Assembly (NCBI RefSeq): GCF_964213995.1
Contig: NW_027590242.1
Span: 124,001-188,000, forward strand
Reading direction: 5' to 3'
Length of the DNA stretch: 64,000 bases
Source: Mustelus asterias
Taxonomy: Eukaryota
How positions within the stretch are numbered: the first letter of the stretch is position 1; the number at the start of each line of letters is the position of its first letter. Shown piece by piece: positions 12,356-23,067 of this stretch. The notes below the pieces were generated by a model that saw only the letters and a program-made list of their open reading frames with translations, searched no databases and was not told where the DNA came from. A program made the translations under genes and the position numbers.

Positions 12356-13646
12356 AACTGGGGCGTGCTCCGACCGCCCTGCAGGAGTTGCCCGTCTTTT
12401 ACCAGGACCTCCTCACTGTCTGGAACAAGGTCGCCTCGCGACGCAGCTCTCCCCCGTCAGGAGTAGCGGCTCTCGTGCGAGAGCCGCTGCTCAGGAATCC
12501 GCTCCTCCAGCCGTATAACTTCAGGTGGCTGGCGGAGAGGGGGGCTGTGGACGTCGGGGTGACCAGAATCGGGGACGTGCTCGATGGCGGAGGGGCGGGC
12601 TGGATGAGTCCCCGCGTGCTGGCTGAGCGCGCGGGGACGTCCGTCTGGCGCGCGGCCAAAGCCATCCTAGACCTTAGGACGGTCGTGCTCGGCCCCGAAA
12701 CTGCACGCAAACTGGAGACGGCGCAGGCGTGCGGTGGGATCCCGCCCGAGCGTTCCCCTGTTCGGGCGGAATTCCACATTGGCCCAAAGCCTCAGCCCCC
12801 TCCCCTGGGTGAGGTGCCCCACAGCCTGAGCCGCCTCGCGGAAATGCCCTCCGTGCCTTTTTCTACCGCGCGGAGGCGTTTCCTGTGCGGGCTGCTGCTG
12901 CACACCCTCCACTACTGCCTCCTCGCCTGTCGCCCGGACACACCTTGGCGGGCCTTGTTGCCGCCGGGCGGCGGAGGTCCCCGCTGGAGGTCCCTCTACG
13001 GAGGGATCTCCCCCAATTACGTCGGGGACCTGGGGTGGAGGGTGATGCATGCAGCAGTTCCGCACAACCGTAGGATTCACTGGTTCACGGGCTCCGAAGA
13101 CTGCCCTTTCTGCGGCCTTGTGGAGTCCGTGGACCATGTCTATGTTGTGTGTCTTAGGCTGCACTCCCTTTACGTTTTCCTAAAGAACCTTTTGTTGATG
13201 TTTTGTCTGCACTTCAGTCCCACGTTCCTGAGCTACGGACACCCGGTGCGGAGAGGGGAGGGTCGGGATGGCGACCTCCTCGTGAACCTGCTCCTGGGCC
13301 TGGCGAAACGCGCCATTTACCGGTCCAGGCTGCGGGCGATCGAGGGGGCCGTCCATCCTGACTGTCTTCCCCTCTACCGCGGCTACGTTCGCGGCCAGGT
13401 GTCCCTGGAGAGGGAGCATGCGGTGTCCACGGGCGAGGTTGACGCTTTCCGCGCCCGCTGGGCACCTCAGGGGTTGGGGTGCATTATTGACCCTAATAAT
13501 CACATTTTAATTTGATGTTTTTAAGTTTCCTTTGTACTTTGATTTCTGTTCGGGCTGTTCCCCCTCCTTTTTGGGGAGCTGCCCCTTTTACTTTGTCCTG
13601 ATTTAATCTGAGTTTGTTTACTTGGTTTGGTTTGACCTAAAAAGAG
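12356..13646 (+). mobile_element. L1-Tx1 clade LINE, 5'-truncated (ORF2 C-terminus with zinc knuckle), 14-bp TSD
   Basis: ORF 12388..13515 with CPFCGLVESVDHVYVVC (C-x2-C-x7-H-x4-C); TSD GACAGAGGATTTCT at 12342-12355 and 13647-13660. Confidence 0.9.
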
Positions 13647-13692
13647 GACAGAGGATTTCTCTCACTACAGAGTTACAGACTCAGGAAGGATC

Positions 13693-14197
13693 ATGGGGAT
13701 CCGGCTCTTTCTGATCCTCATCATTATCTCACTTCTCAGTAAGTATTTCCTTCCCAATAAAACTCCATTCTGCTCCTGACTGCTGTAACCCAGATGTTAT
13801 TGTTATTAAAACAACAGTGACGATGTTGATGATAATTGCATCGTTTAATCTGAGGCTGACTCTGATTGTCATTATTGCTGTTACTTCCGTTAGAATGGAG
13901 CCAGCAAGACAAAGTGGAACAACAGGATTCTGAAATATCGGTTAAAGAGGAAAGTAATGTCTCACTGACCTGCGCCTTGGAAACAAGCAATTCCAGCCCT
14001 GATGTATATTGGTACAGTCAGCAGCCTGGGAAAGCTCCAGTGTACATGTTTCAGCTTATTGGGGAGAATGTGCAAAGGAGCACGGATCTCAATGATCGGT
14101 TTTCTTCTACATTTGATAGAAAGAACAAGACTACCGAGCTAACGATCAGCAGCACACTGATCTCTGACAGCGCCGTTTATTTCTGTGCTATGAAGCC
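13693..14197 (+). CDS. TCR alpha/delta-type V gene segment, intact (leader 13693-13738, V exon 13894-14197)
   Basis: Leader MGIRLFLILIIISLL + GTAAGT; V KWSQQDKVEQ...SLTC...YWYSQQPGKAP...DSAVYFCAMKP. Confidence 0.93.
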
Positions 14198-14237
14198 CAC
14201 ACTGCTGCAGAGATATAGCGAATCTCGGACAAAAACC
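14198..14237 (+). other. RSS with 24-nt spacer (CACACTG-24-ACAAAAACC)
   Basis: Heptamer 14198-14204, spacer 14205-14228, consensus nonamer 14229-14237. Confidence 0.85.
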
Positions 14238-14442
14238 CCACACAGGCAGTTCCAGTCAGTGCCCAGTAGGGTGCGCTCACACACGCGGGCAATTCAGTTT
14301 CCACAGAGAGAGTGAAAGGAAGATTGTTCACATTGCAGCAAAACACAACACTCAAAAATAGCAACTGGCGTGGTTCCGTTGCACATTTACATTTGTTAAT
14401 GATCGTAACTTACATTTGCAATTGAAATAAGATTGACATAGT

Positions 14443-14985
14443 TCATAGAACATAGAACAGTACAGCACAGAACAGGCCCTTCGGCCCACGATGTTGTGCC
14501 GAGCTTTATCTGAAACCAAGGTCAAGCTATCCCACTCCCTATCATCCTGGTGTGCTCCATGTGCCTATCCAATAACCGCTTAAATGTTCCTGAAGTGTCT
14601 GACTCCACTATCACTGCAGGCAGTTCATTCCACATCCCAACCACTCTCTGCGTAAAGAACCTACCTCTGATATCCTTCCTATATCTCCCACCATGAACCC
14701 TATAGTTATGCCCCCTTGTAATAGCTCCATCCACCCGAGGAAATAGTGTTTGAACGTTCACTCTATCTATTCCCTTCATCATTTTATAAACCTCTATTAA
14801 GTCTCCCCTCAGCCTCCTCCGCTCCAGAGAGAACAGCCCTAGCTCCCTCAACCTTTCCTCATAAGACCCACCCTCCAAACCAGGGAGCATCCTGGTAAAT
14901 CTCCTCTGCACTCTTTCCAGCGCTTCCACATCCTTCTTATAGTGAGGTGACCAAAACTGCACACAATATTCCAAAAGTGGTCTCA
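14443..14985 (-). mobile_element. CR1 LINE 3' end (same family as 33370-35629)
   Basis: LEYCVQFWSPHYKKDVEALERVQRRFTRMLPG...; (TTCTATG)n tail. Confidence 0.9.
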
Positions 14986-15073
14986 TTTGACAGATCGTTT
15001 GACAGATCGATTTGACAGATCGATCTGAGATACAGTGACACCTTTTTTTTGGTTTTCGATACCTTTCCCAGCC

Positions 15074-18000
15074 TATCAGGATTACTGCCTGTGCCACGGG
15101 AAGGTGAGGGCAGGAATGGAGTGAGGTGGAGGATGAATGTGTGGCTGAGGGACTGGTGCAGGGGGCAGGGATTCAGGTTCCTGGACCATTGGGACCTCTT
15201 TAGGGGCAGGGGTGATCTGTATACAAAAAACGGGTGGAACTTGAATCACACGGGGACCAATATCCTGGCCGGTAGGTTGGCTAAGGCTACTGGGGAGAAT
15301 TTAAACTAGATAGGTTGGGGGGAAGGGAGCCAGAAGAGTTGACTAGGATCAAGGAACTAATTGATGGGTGGGAGGATGCAGGGGTAAGGGGAATTACAAA
15401 ATTAATGGGAGAGGAGAGGGTGCAAGTGAATGAAGGCGGTAATTTAGATAAGGGAGTAGAGGGAGAGGGTGTTCGCGACTCATCAAAGCGGGTCCAGATA
15501 AAAGCTGGAATAAGGACACTTTGCCTGAATGCACGAAGCATTCGGAACAAGGTGAATGAGTTGATGGTGCAAATCAGCACAAGTGGGTACGATCTAGTGG
15601 CCATTACAGAAACGTGGCTGAAAGGTGACCAGGACTGGGAGATGAATATCCAGGGGTATCAGGCGTTTAGGAAGAATAGACAGGAAGGAAAAGGTGGTGG
15701 GGTCGCGCTATTAATAAGAGATAATATCAGGGTAGTACTGAGGGATGACATAGGCTCTGAGGAACAAAACGTGGAATCATTATGGGTAGAGATGAGGAAT
15801 AGTAGAGGGAGAAAGACACTAGTAGGTGTGGTATATAGGCCCCCAAATAATAATGTTGAGGTAGGGAGGGCTATAAACAAGCAGATAAGGGATGCGTGTA
15901 AAAACGGAACGGCAATAATCATGGGGGACTTCAACATGCACATTGACTGGCAGACTCAAGTCGGTAAGGGTGGAATGGAGGAAGAGTTCTTAGAATGCTG
16001 TCGGGATAGTTTCCTTGAACAGCATGTTACGGAACCGACGAGGGAACGAGCTATTTTGGATCTGGTATTGTGTAACGAGGTAGGTAGAATTAAGGATCTT
16101 ATTGTGAAGAACCCTCTTGGGTCTAGTGACCACAATATGGTCGAATTTCTGATTCAGATGGAAGAGGAGAAAGTTTGGTCTCAAACCAGTGTCCTCTGTT
16201 TGAACAGAGGGAAATATGACAGGATGAGGGATGAATTGGCTAAGGTAGACTGGGAGAGCAGGCTGGCAGGTAGGATAGCTGAGGAACAGTGGAGGATTTT
16301 TAAGGAGATCCTTTTCAGTTCTCAGCAAAAATATATTCCAGCAAAAAACAAGGATTGTAAGAAAAGGGAGAACCAGCCGTGGATAACGAAGGAAATAAAG
16401 GAGAGTATTAAAATAAAAACAGCTGCGTACAGAGTGGCCAAAAATAGTGGAGAAACAAGTGATTGGGAAAAATTTAAGAAACAACAAAGAGAGACTAAGA
16501 AAGCGATAAAGAAAGGAAGGATAGACTATGAAGCTAGGCTAGCAATTAATATAAAAAATGATAGTAAAAGTTTTTATAAATATATAAAAAGGAATAGAGT
16601 GGCTCGAGTGAATGTTGGACCCTTGGAGGACGAGAGGGGGGAGTTAATAGTGGGAAATGAGGATATGGCTGAGTCTTTAAATAAGTTTTTTGTGTCGGTC
16701 TTCACGGTGGAGGACACAAATAGTTTGCCAAATATTAACGATAGAGGGTTGGCAGCAGGAGAAATACTTAATACAATTAATGTTACCAGAGAGGCAGTGC
16801 TGGGTAGACTAATGGGACTGAAGGTGGACAAGTCCCCGGGTCCGGATGGAATGCATCCCAGGGTATTGAAAGAAATGTCAGAGGTAATAGTGGATGCGTT
16901 AGTGATTATTTATCAAAACTCGTTGCATTCTGGGGTAGTGCCGGTTGATTGGAAAACGGCTAATGTTACGCCGCTGTTTAAAAAAGGAAGGAGACAAAAG
17001 GCGGGTAACTATAGGCCGGTCAGCTTAACGTCTGTAGTAGGGAAAATGCTGGAATCCATTATTAAAGAGGAGATAGCAGGGCATCTGGATAGAAATGGTT
17101 CGATCAATCAGACGCAGCATGGATTCATGAGGGGAAAGTCGTGCTTGACGAACATGTTGGATTTTTATGAAGATGTGACTAGGGCGGTTGATGGAGGAGA
17201 ACCGGTGGATGCGGTGTTTTTGGATTTCCAAAAGGCGTTTGATAAGGTGCCCCATAAAAGGCTGCTGAAGAAGATTAGGGCGCACGGAGTTGGGGGTAGT
17301 GTGTTAAAGTGGATTGGGGACTGGCTATCCGACAGGAAGCAAAGAGTCGGAATAAATGGGTGTTTTTCCGGTTGGAGGAAGGTAACTAGTGGCGAGCCGC
17401 AGGGATCGGTACTCGGGCCGCAACTGTTTACCATTTATATAGATGATCTGGAGGAGGGGACGGAGTGTAGGGTAACGAAGTTTGCAGACGACACAAAGAT
17501 AAGTGGAAAAGTGAATCGTGTGGAGGACGGAGAAGATCTGCAGAGAGATTTGGACAGGCTGAGTGAGTGGGCGAGGATATGGCAAATGGAGTATAACGTT
17601 GAGAAATGCGAGGTTATACACTTTGGAGGAAATAATAACAAATGGGATTACTATCTCAATGGAAACAAATTAAAACATGCTACCGTGCAAAGGGACCTGG
17701 GGGTCCTTGTGCATGAGACGCAAAAGCCCAGTCTGCAGGTACAACAGGTGATCAAGAAGGCAAATGGGATGTTGGCCTATATTGCGAGGGGGATAGAATA
17801 TAAAAGCAGGGATGTCTTGATGCACCTGTACAGGGCATTGGTGAGGCCGCAGCTGGAATACTGTGTGCAGTATTGGTCCCCTTATATGAGGAAGGATATA
17901 TTGGCATTGGAGGGAGTGCAGAGAAGGTTCACCAGGTTGATACCGGAGATGAGGGGTTTGGATTATGAGGAGAGGCTGAGGAGATTGGGTTTGTACTCGT

Positions 18001-18420
18001 TGGAGTTTAGAAGGATGAGGGGGGATCTTATGGAGACTTATAAGATAATGCGGGGGCTGGATAGGGTGGAGGCGGAGAGATTCTTTCCACTTAGTAAGGA
18101 AGTTAAAACTAGAGGACACAGCCTCAAAATAAAGGGGGGTCGGTTTAAGACAGAGTTGAGGAGGAACTTCTTCTCCCAGAGGGTGGTGAATCTCTGGAAT
18201 TCTCTGCCCACTGAGGTGGTGGAGGCTCCCTCGCTGAATATGTTTAAAGCACGGATGGATGGATTCCTGATCGGTAAGGGAATTAAGGGTTATGGGGATC
18301 AGGCGGGTAAGTGGTACTGATCCACGTCAGATCAGCCATGATCTTATTGAATGGCGGGGCAGGCTCGAGGGGCTAGATGGCCTACTCCTGCTCCTATTTC
18401 TTATGTTCTTATGTTCTTAT
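15074..18420 (+). mobile_element. CR1/HER1 LINE, 5'-truncated within ORF1, intact ORF2
   Basis: ORF1 esterase-like C-terminus (to 15309), ORF2, 3'UTR and TTCTTATG tail to 18420. Confidence 0.95.
15315..18320 (+). CDS. CR1 LINE ORF2: AP endonuclease + reverse transcriptase (1001 codons)
   Basis: APE motifs LNARSI, ITETWL, GDFN, SDHN; RT motifs YRPVSLTS, QHGF, LDFQKAFD, PQGSVLGP, FADD. Confidence 0.95.
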   Translation: MGGREPEELTRIKELIDGWEDAGVRGITKLMGEERVQVNEGGNLDKGVEGEGVRDSSKRVQIKAGIRTLCLNARSIRNKVNELMVQISTSGYDLVAITETWLKGDQDWEMNIQGYQAFRKNRQEGKGGGVALLIRDNIRVVLRDDIGSEEQNVESLWVEMRNSRGRKTLVGVVYRPPNNNVEVGRAINKQIRDACKNGTAIIMGDFNMHIDWQTQVGKGGMEEEFLECCRDSFLEQHVTEPTRERAILDLVLCNEVGRIKDLIVKNPLGSSDHNMVEFLIQMEEEKVWSQTSVLCLNRGKYDRMRDELAKVDWESRLAGRIAEEQWRIFKEILFSSQQKYIPAKNKDCKKRENQPWITKEIKESIKIKTAAYRVAKNSGETSDWEKFKKQQRETKKAIKKGRIDYEARLAINIKNDSKSFYKYIKRNRVARVNVGPLEDERGELIVGNEDMAESLNKFFVSVFTVEDTNSLPNINDRGLAAGEILNTINVTREAVLGRLMGLKVDKSPGPDGMHPRVLKEMSEVIVDALVIIYQNSLHSGVVPVDWKTANVTPLFKKGRRQKAGNYRPVSLTSVVGKMLESIIKEEIAGHLDRNGSINQTQHGFMRGKSCLTNMLDFYEDVTRAVDGGEPVDAVFLDFQKAFDKVPHKRLLKKIRAHGVGGSVLKWIGDWLSDRKQRVGINGCFSGWRKVTSGEPQGSVLGPQLFTIYIDDLEEGTECRVTKFADDTKISGKVNRVEDGEDLQRDLDRLSEWARIWQMEYNVEKCEVIHFGGNNNKWDYYLNGNKLKHATVQRDLGVLVHETQKPSLQVQQVIKKANGMLAYIARGIEYKSRDVLMHLYRALVRPQLEYCVQYWSPYMRKDILALEGVQRRFTRLIPEMRGLDYEERLRRLGLYSLEFRRMRGDLMETYKIMRGLDRVEAERFFPLSKEVKTRGHSLKIKGGRFKTELRRNFFSQRVVNLWNSLPTEVVEAPSLNMFKARMDGFLIGKGIKGYGDQAGKWY

Positions 18421-18780
18421 TTATTCCAAACACATTCTTGTATTTACTGATTTATGGGAGTTGTGCACATTTCACTTTTCTCGTCTTTAACGTAAGAATT
18501 TAAAACTTTTTCTGACACCTTGTACATCCATTCAGAACCTCCCCAAGTCGTCTGCTCAGCTATTCAGTCCCACTTTCCATCCTCCTCACTGATGAAGATT
18601 TCGCTTTGTATTGAATCATTTACTAACCCTGGCACTCCTGGTGCGAGGCTGCTCGTACGCAGTATGGAATGGACATTCAGCTGCCCCTCTTACAGAGAAG
18701 CAAATTTATAGAATTTCTAATGTGACATTGTTATTGAGATGAAATCCTTGCAGATAAATCCTAGCTGTCACCTCACTGCG

Positions 18781-19140
18781 TGTGGTCGCCCCACGCACAG
18801 CTTTCCTGTGCTGTTCTCACTCTGACCCGTCTCACCTCTGCTGTTTTATTAGAGATTTTATTGGGGATATTGATCTTTGCTGCTTTTCCCTGTTTGGCAC
18901 TGATTGGATCAGTCGTTGAATGGAGAGGCAAGATATATCTCCATGTCTGAAAGAGGATTTCACAGACTACAAAGTTATGAAGTGAGGGAACATCAAATGG
19001 AAATATATCAGACCATTCATTATTCCATCACCTCTTATGAAGTAGATGTTTCAAATCAACATTCATCCTCCTCCGCATCATAGCTGCTTCCCCAAACATG
19101 ATTGATAACAAACTGTTTGTTATGTTGCTGTAAGAATGAA
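18781..19140 (+). pseudogene. Decayed V promoter + leader/intron relic (family of the V at 13693)
   Basis: Colinear with 12204-12355 + 13661-13900 (TGTGGT..CACAGCTT..CTCACTCTGACCCG; ATTGGATCAG; AGAGGATTTC); leader disrupted, no V exon. Confidence 0.6.
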
Positions 19141-19489
19141 TATTGTCATTCTCCATGTCAAAACAGAGCCACCAAGACTCAGGGGACCGGTCGTTGCCTG
19201 AAATGACGGCTGAAGAGGAAAGTAATCCCCTGTAGTGGGATGACCAAATTCACTTTGTTGCTTTCGTCCCTCCGCCAAGAGGATGAATTGGAGATGAAGG
19301 AACTGTGAGTTCATTGCTTGAATTGGAAATCAAAGGAGCTTGAAGCCAATTGGATGTTATCTGATGATGTTTTCAGCAGTGAACCAATCAACAGGGGCCC
19401 GGATATGACTCAACCTCTTCCCCCTCTTGAGTAAAACAACTTCAGCTTCAACCCGTTCTGGTCAAATCCACTTCCAGCTCTCTGCAAAC

Positions 19490-20412
19490 ATGTCTCCTGT
19501 TACTCTGTATTTATTCCTCATAGCGACAGCTCTTTTAACCGGTAGGTTCACAAGTTTCTCAATTCTGTGTTGTACATCATTCCCACATAATATATTCTGT
19601 CAGGTGGTTCTCTCAATGCAAGGGGGAGGGGGTGGGTGATCAGGGAATGGATTGATCACAACATCGAAAAATTGTCATGATCCCGCTGGTCTCAACACTG
19701 AGCACTGTTGGGATTGGACACATTTCTCCCATGGAATGAGAGAGAATGAGTTGGGCTCAGATTGAAGCTCCTCTGATACCAGCGAATGATTTTGGCAAAC
19801 ACCACACTTCAAACAGACAGACCGTGAGCGGTTTCCAGTTACAGGGACTGAAGGCGAGGAACTGATCTCTTTAGAAAGAACAGAATGTTTATGGTGGAAG
19901 TTTTATTTAATCGCCACAAGCACCTTCCCTTTCTAGCCGCTGAACTGTGAAATATATGTTTTGTTGTGCTGTGTGATTTCTTTGTGAGATTATTGTTCAA
20001 GATTACGGCAGATTCGAGGGGTGGGGGGGAGGGGGGGGGGGTTCGGGGGGGGGGCGCAGAGTGAAGTCGCATTGTTTAGATTAATATTTCTTTGCTTTCT
20101 TACAGGAGACTGTGGAGGAGATTCTGTTTCACAGACACCGGCTGCAGTCACCGTTACTGAAGGAAATATTGTTCAGTTGCTCTGTAATTATACAGCTACA
20201 AGTACTAGCACTCCTTATTTATTCTGGTACCGTCAGTATTCCAGTGGGTCCATGGAGTTTCTGCTGAGCAGCTCTAGATACAGTGGCAACACAGAGATGT
20301 CCTCAGGGGACCGTTTTTCAGCGGAGTTCAATTATACAATCCGCACCGTCCCGTTGAAAGTGTCGAAAACAGAGCTGGAAGACTCCGGGGTTTATTACTG
20401 CGCACTGAGACC
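19490..20412 (+). CDS. TCR alpha/delta-type V gene segment, intact (leader 19490-19541, V exon 20106-20412)
   Basis: Leader MSPVTLYLFLIATALLT + GTAGGT; V GDCGGDSVSQTP...LLCNY...LFWYRQY...DSGVYYCALRP. Confidence 0.93.
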
Positions 20413-20451
20413 CACAGAAACACAGAGCTGGGCTGAACCTGTACAAAAACT
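20413..20451 (+). other. 23-RSS (CACAGAA-23-ACAAAAACT)
   Basis: Heptamer 20413-20419, 23-nt spacer, nonamer 20443-20451. Confidence 0.9.
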
Positions 20452-21904
20452 CTCAGGGCCTCACGCAACATAACAGAGCGTGAGGCAACCATTGGATCAG
20501 AGTGAGTCTGAAATGGAACCTGAAATCGTGGTGATTTCTCAATCTTTTACTGAGAATATTTTTATGAATAACAAATATATTGCAAAATTAAAACACCGGG
20601 ACACTTAAAAGAATGCGCATGATAATATTTGTAAATTGTAATGTCCCGAACTGTTTTATGTCGTAAACACAGCAGCTAATTTGGACTCAGCATATTATTT
20701 CATTCAGTAATATTGTAGTGCTCTGGCTGTGTCAGTCACTGTGATTGGTGAACAGATATCGAACAGGATGTTTCTCTTGCTCTTTTTGGAAACAGTGACC
20801 ATGTATCACCTCCACCTGAGAGGGAAGACGTACCCCAGATTTAACCGGTCACCGAGAGGCTGGCAGCTCTGACAGTGCAGCATTTCTAAGCACTGCACTG
20901 TTTCCTCGGTAAGTTCCCGGAGTATTGTTCTGGATAGATTGCCGTTGTCCCCTGGAGTGGAAATAATCTCTGAAGGGACTGGAGAGAGTATTCGGGAATG
21001 CTCAGGACGTGGTGACCACTCATTAACCCAATCTGGGAAAAACAAACTGAAATAACGAACATGAAATTAAAAATAAACATTATCGGTCCCCGTGGAAACA
21101 GAAAGACAATGAATGCAACCTCTACAAACAAGTATCCCTCGAAAAAAGAGAACTTACGTTTACTGATGTAACGCCTTTCACAGGCTCCAGAAGTCAAATG
21201 GGACTTGCGAACCTCAGGAATGTCATTTCCAGTGTAGTCGTTGTGGTGATGTTACAAACGGTATCAGCGCAGCAGGCAGTGGGAATATTTAATTCTCAGT
21301 CAGAAATTCTCGTCACTCTGACCCTGGAGTAAAGGGATTGGGGAATCCAAATATGTGCCGGTTACATTGAACTTGTCGCAAATTTGAACCAAATAATGGA
21401 CACCTCTCTCTCTCTCTCTCTCTTCCTCTCTTTCCATCCATCCTCTCTCTTTCTCTTTCTGCGACATTGAGGAGCCATGTTGACGATCCATATTGTCCTA
21501 AACGCCTTCCTCAGACTACCCAATGACATTAGAATACAATGCTTTATAGAGTTCACTCGCAAACAATGGGTATATTCCCATTACCATGCCATTAATTGTA
21601 TCGCAGCTTGATGTATTTCCATTCACTGGCTTCCAGCTCACCACCGATTGGTGGAGCAAGACCACAAAATGGCATGATTGTCTTTTGGAAGAATGAGTCA
21701 ATATGGTTCCGTGCTGGATCTGCCTGACAGATTGGATTCTGCAGTTTGTTTTCTCCACTGCTGCTAGAAACAGTTAAATGGTGGTTTCATCTGAGGTTAA
21801 CTTGATTTCCTCTGTGTGGTGTGTTTGAGAGGCTGACAGCTCAGTTAACATCTGGCCATAAAGCAATCTTCAATCGTCACGGGCTCATTCCTCCAGTGTA
21901 AGCC

Positions 21905-21943
21905 GGTTTTTGCACGAAGCTGGGTCTTCTTTCTATCACTGTG
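21905..21943 (-). other. 23-RSS (CACAGTG-23-GCAAAAACC)
   Basis: Heptamer 21937-21943, spacer 21914-21936, nonamer 21905-21913. Confidence 0.92.
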
Positions 21944-22406
21944 CGTCTGAACGCGCAGTAATAAGTGGCAGCATCAGTCTGGCTCAGGTCGAATATATTT
22001 AAACTGAGGAATTTGTTCGAGGCCTGGAGATCTACATAGAACCGACTTTTAAAAACATCTGCTTTATCTTCATAACCATCAGGATCTTTCCGCAGAATAA
22101 ACACGGGCTGCGTGTCTGGAAGTTGTCGGTACCAGTACAGCCTATAGTCGCTCTCTGTGGTTTGATAGTCACAGGTTAAAGTCACGATCTCGCCTTCTCT
22201 CTTAACATCTGATGAGAGCGACTGGGTGACAGAATCTCCATGACTCAGATCTGAAATTAACAAAACAGAAAATGTCCAGACGGGCAGATCATGAAAGAAT
22301 GGTCTGGAACCAAGCTTGGGAAATGTGAGAAACGGTGCAATGTATTTTGCACATAATTACCTGTCAGGAATGGTCCCCACATTACCCACATACGGAGCAG
22401 CCACAT
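21944..22406 (-). CDS. TCR alpha/delta-type V gene segment, intact (leader 22361-22406, V exon 21944-22250)
   Basis: Leader MWLLRMWVMWGPFLT + GTAATT; V DLSHGDSVTQ...LTCDY...LYWYRQ...DAATYYCAFRR. Confidence 0.93.
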
Positions 22407-23067
22407 TGTCGCTGTCCGCTCTGTAGACGAGGAGCTGGGTGTTTGATTTCATCAAGACTAATCCTTACCCTCAATAATCAGCTTCCTATCTCCAGATGTT
22501 CTCACTTCCGTCCCTTCTGTCCCCAGTGGAGCTCCGTGACACCCAGGTGGTGAGATAACAGACAGTAAACAGACACACAGTGAGCTGGATGGCAATCACT
22601 ATCCTTACAGAGAAAATTTCGAGATTTAACGATTGACGTCGGGAAGAAAATGGACAAATGGGGTGTAGGAACGTGGGAACAGCTGTAGGCCATTCTGCCC
22701 TTCGATTCTGTTTTGTCATTCAGTTAGATCAGGGCTGATAAGCCTGAACGCCACTTTCCCGCGCTATCAGCATAGCTCTTGATGAGATTATGCTCCATAA
22801 AGCTATTGATTCAACATGCTCAATAATTGATATTCCACATAATCCGCTTATTTTCTTACTGTGACCCGGAAGCTAAGGAAGGCTAAATAGTTCTGTCATT
22901 GTTTTTTTTTAATACGTCCATTAGCCTTACTTTCAGGACAGTTTCAATCGTGATTCCAGTGAAAGTTTGTTCTGTGTGTGGGACATGGGTGCCACTGGTT
23001 GGCCAGCATTTATTGTCCATCGCTAGTTTAGGATCAACCACATTACAATGGCTCTGGTGTCACATGT

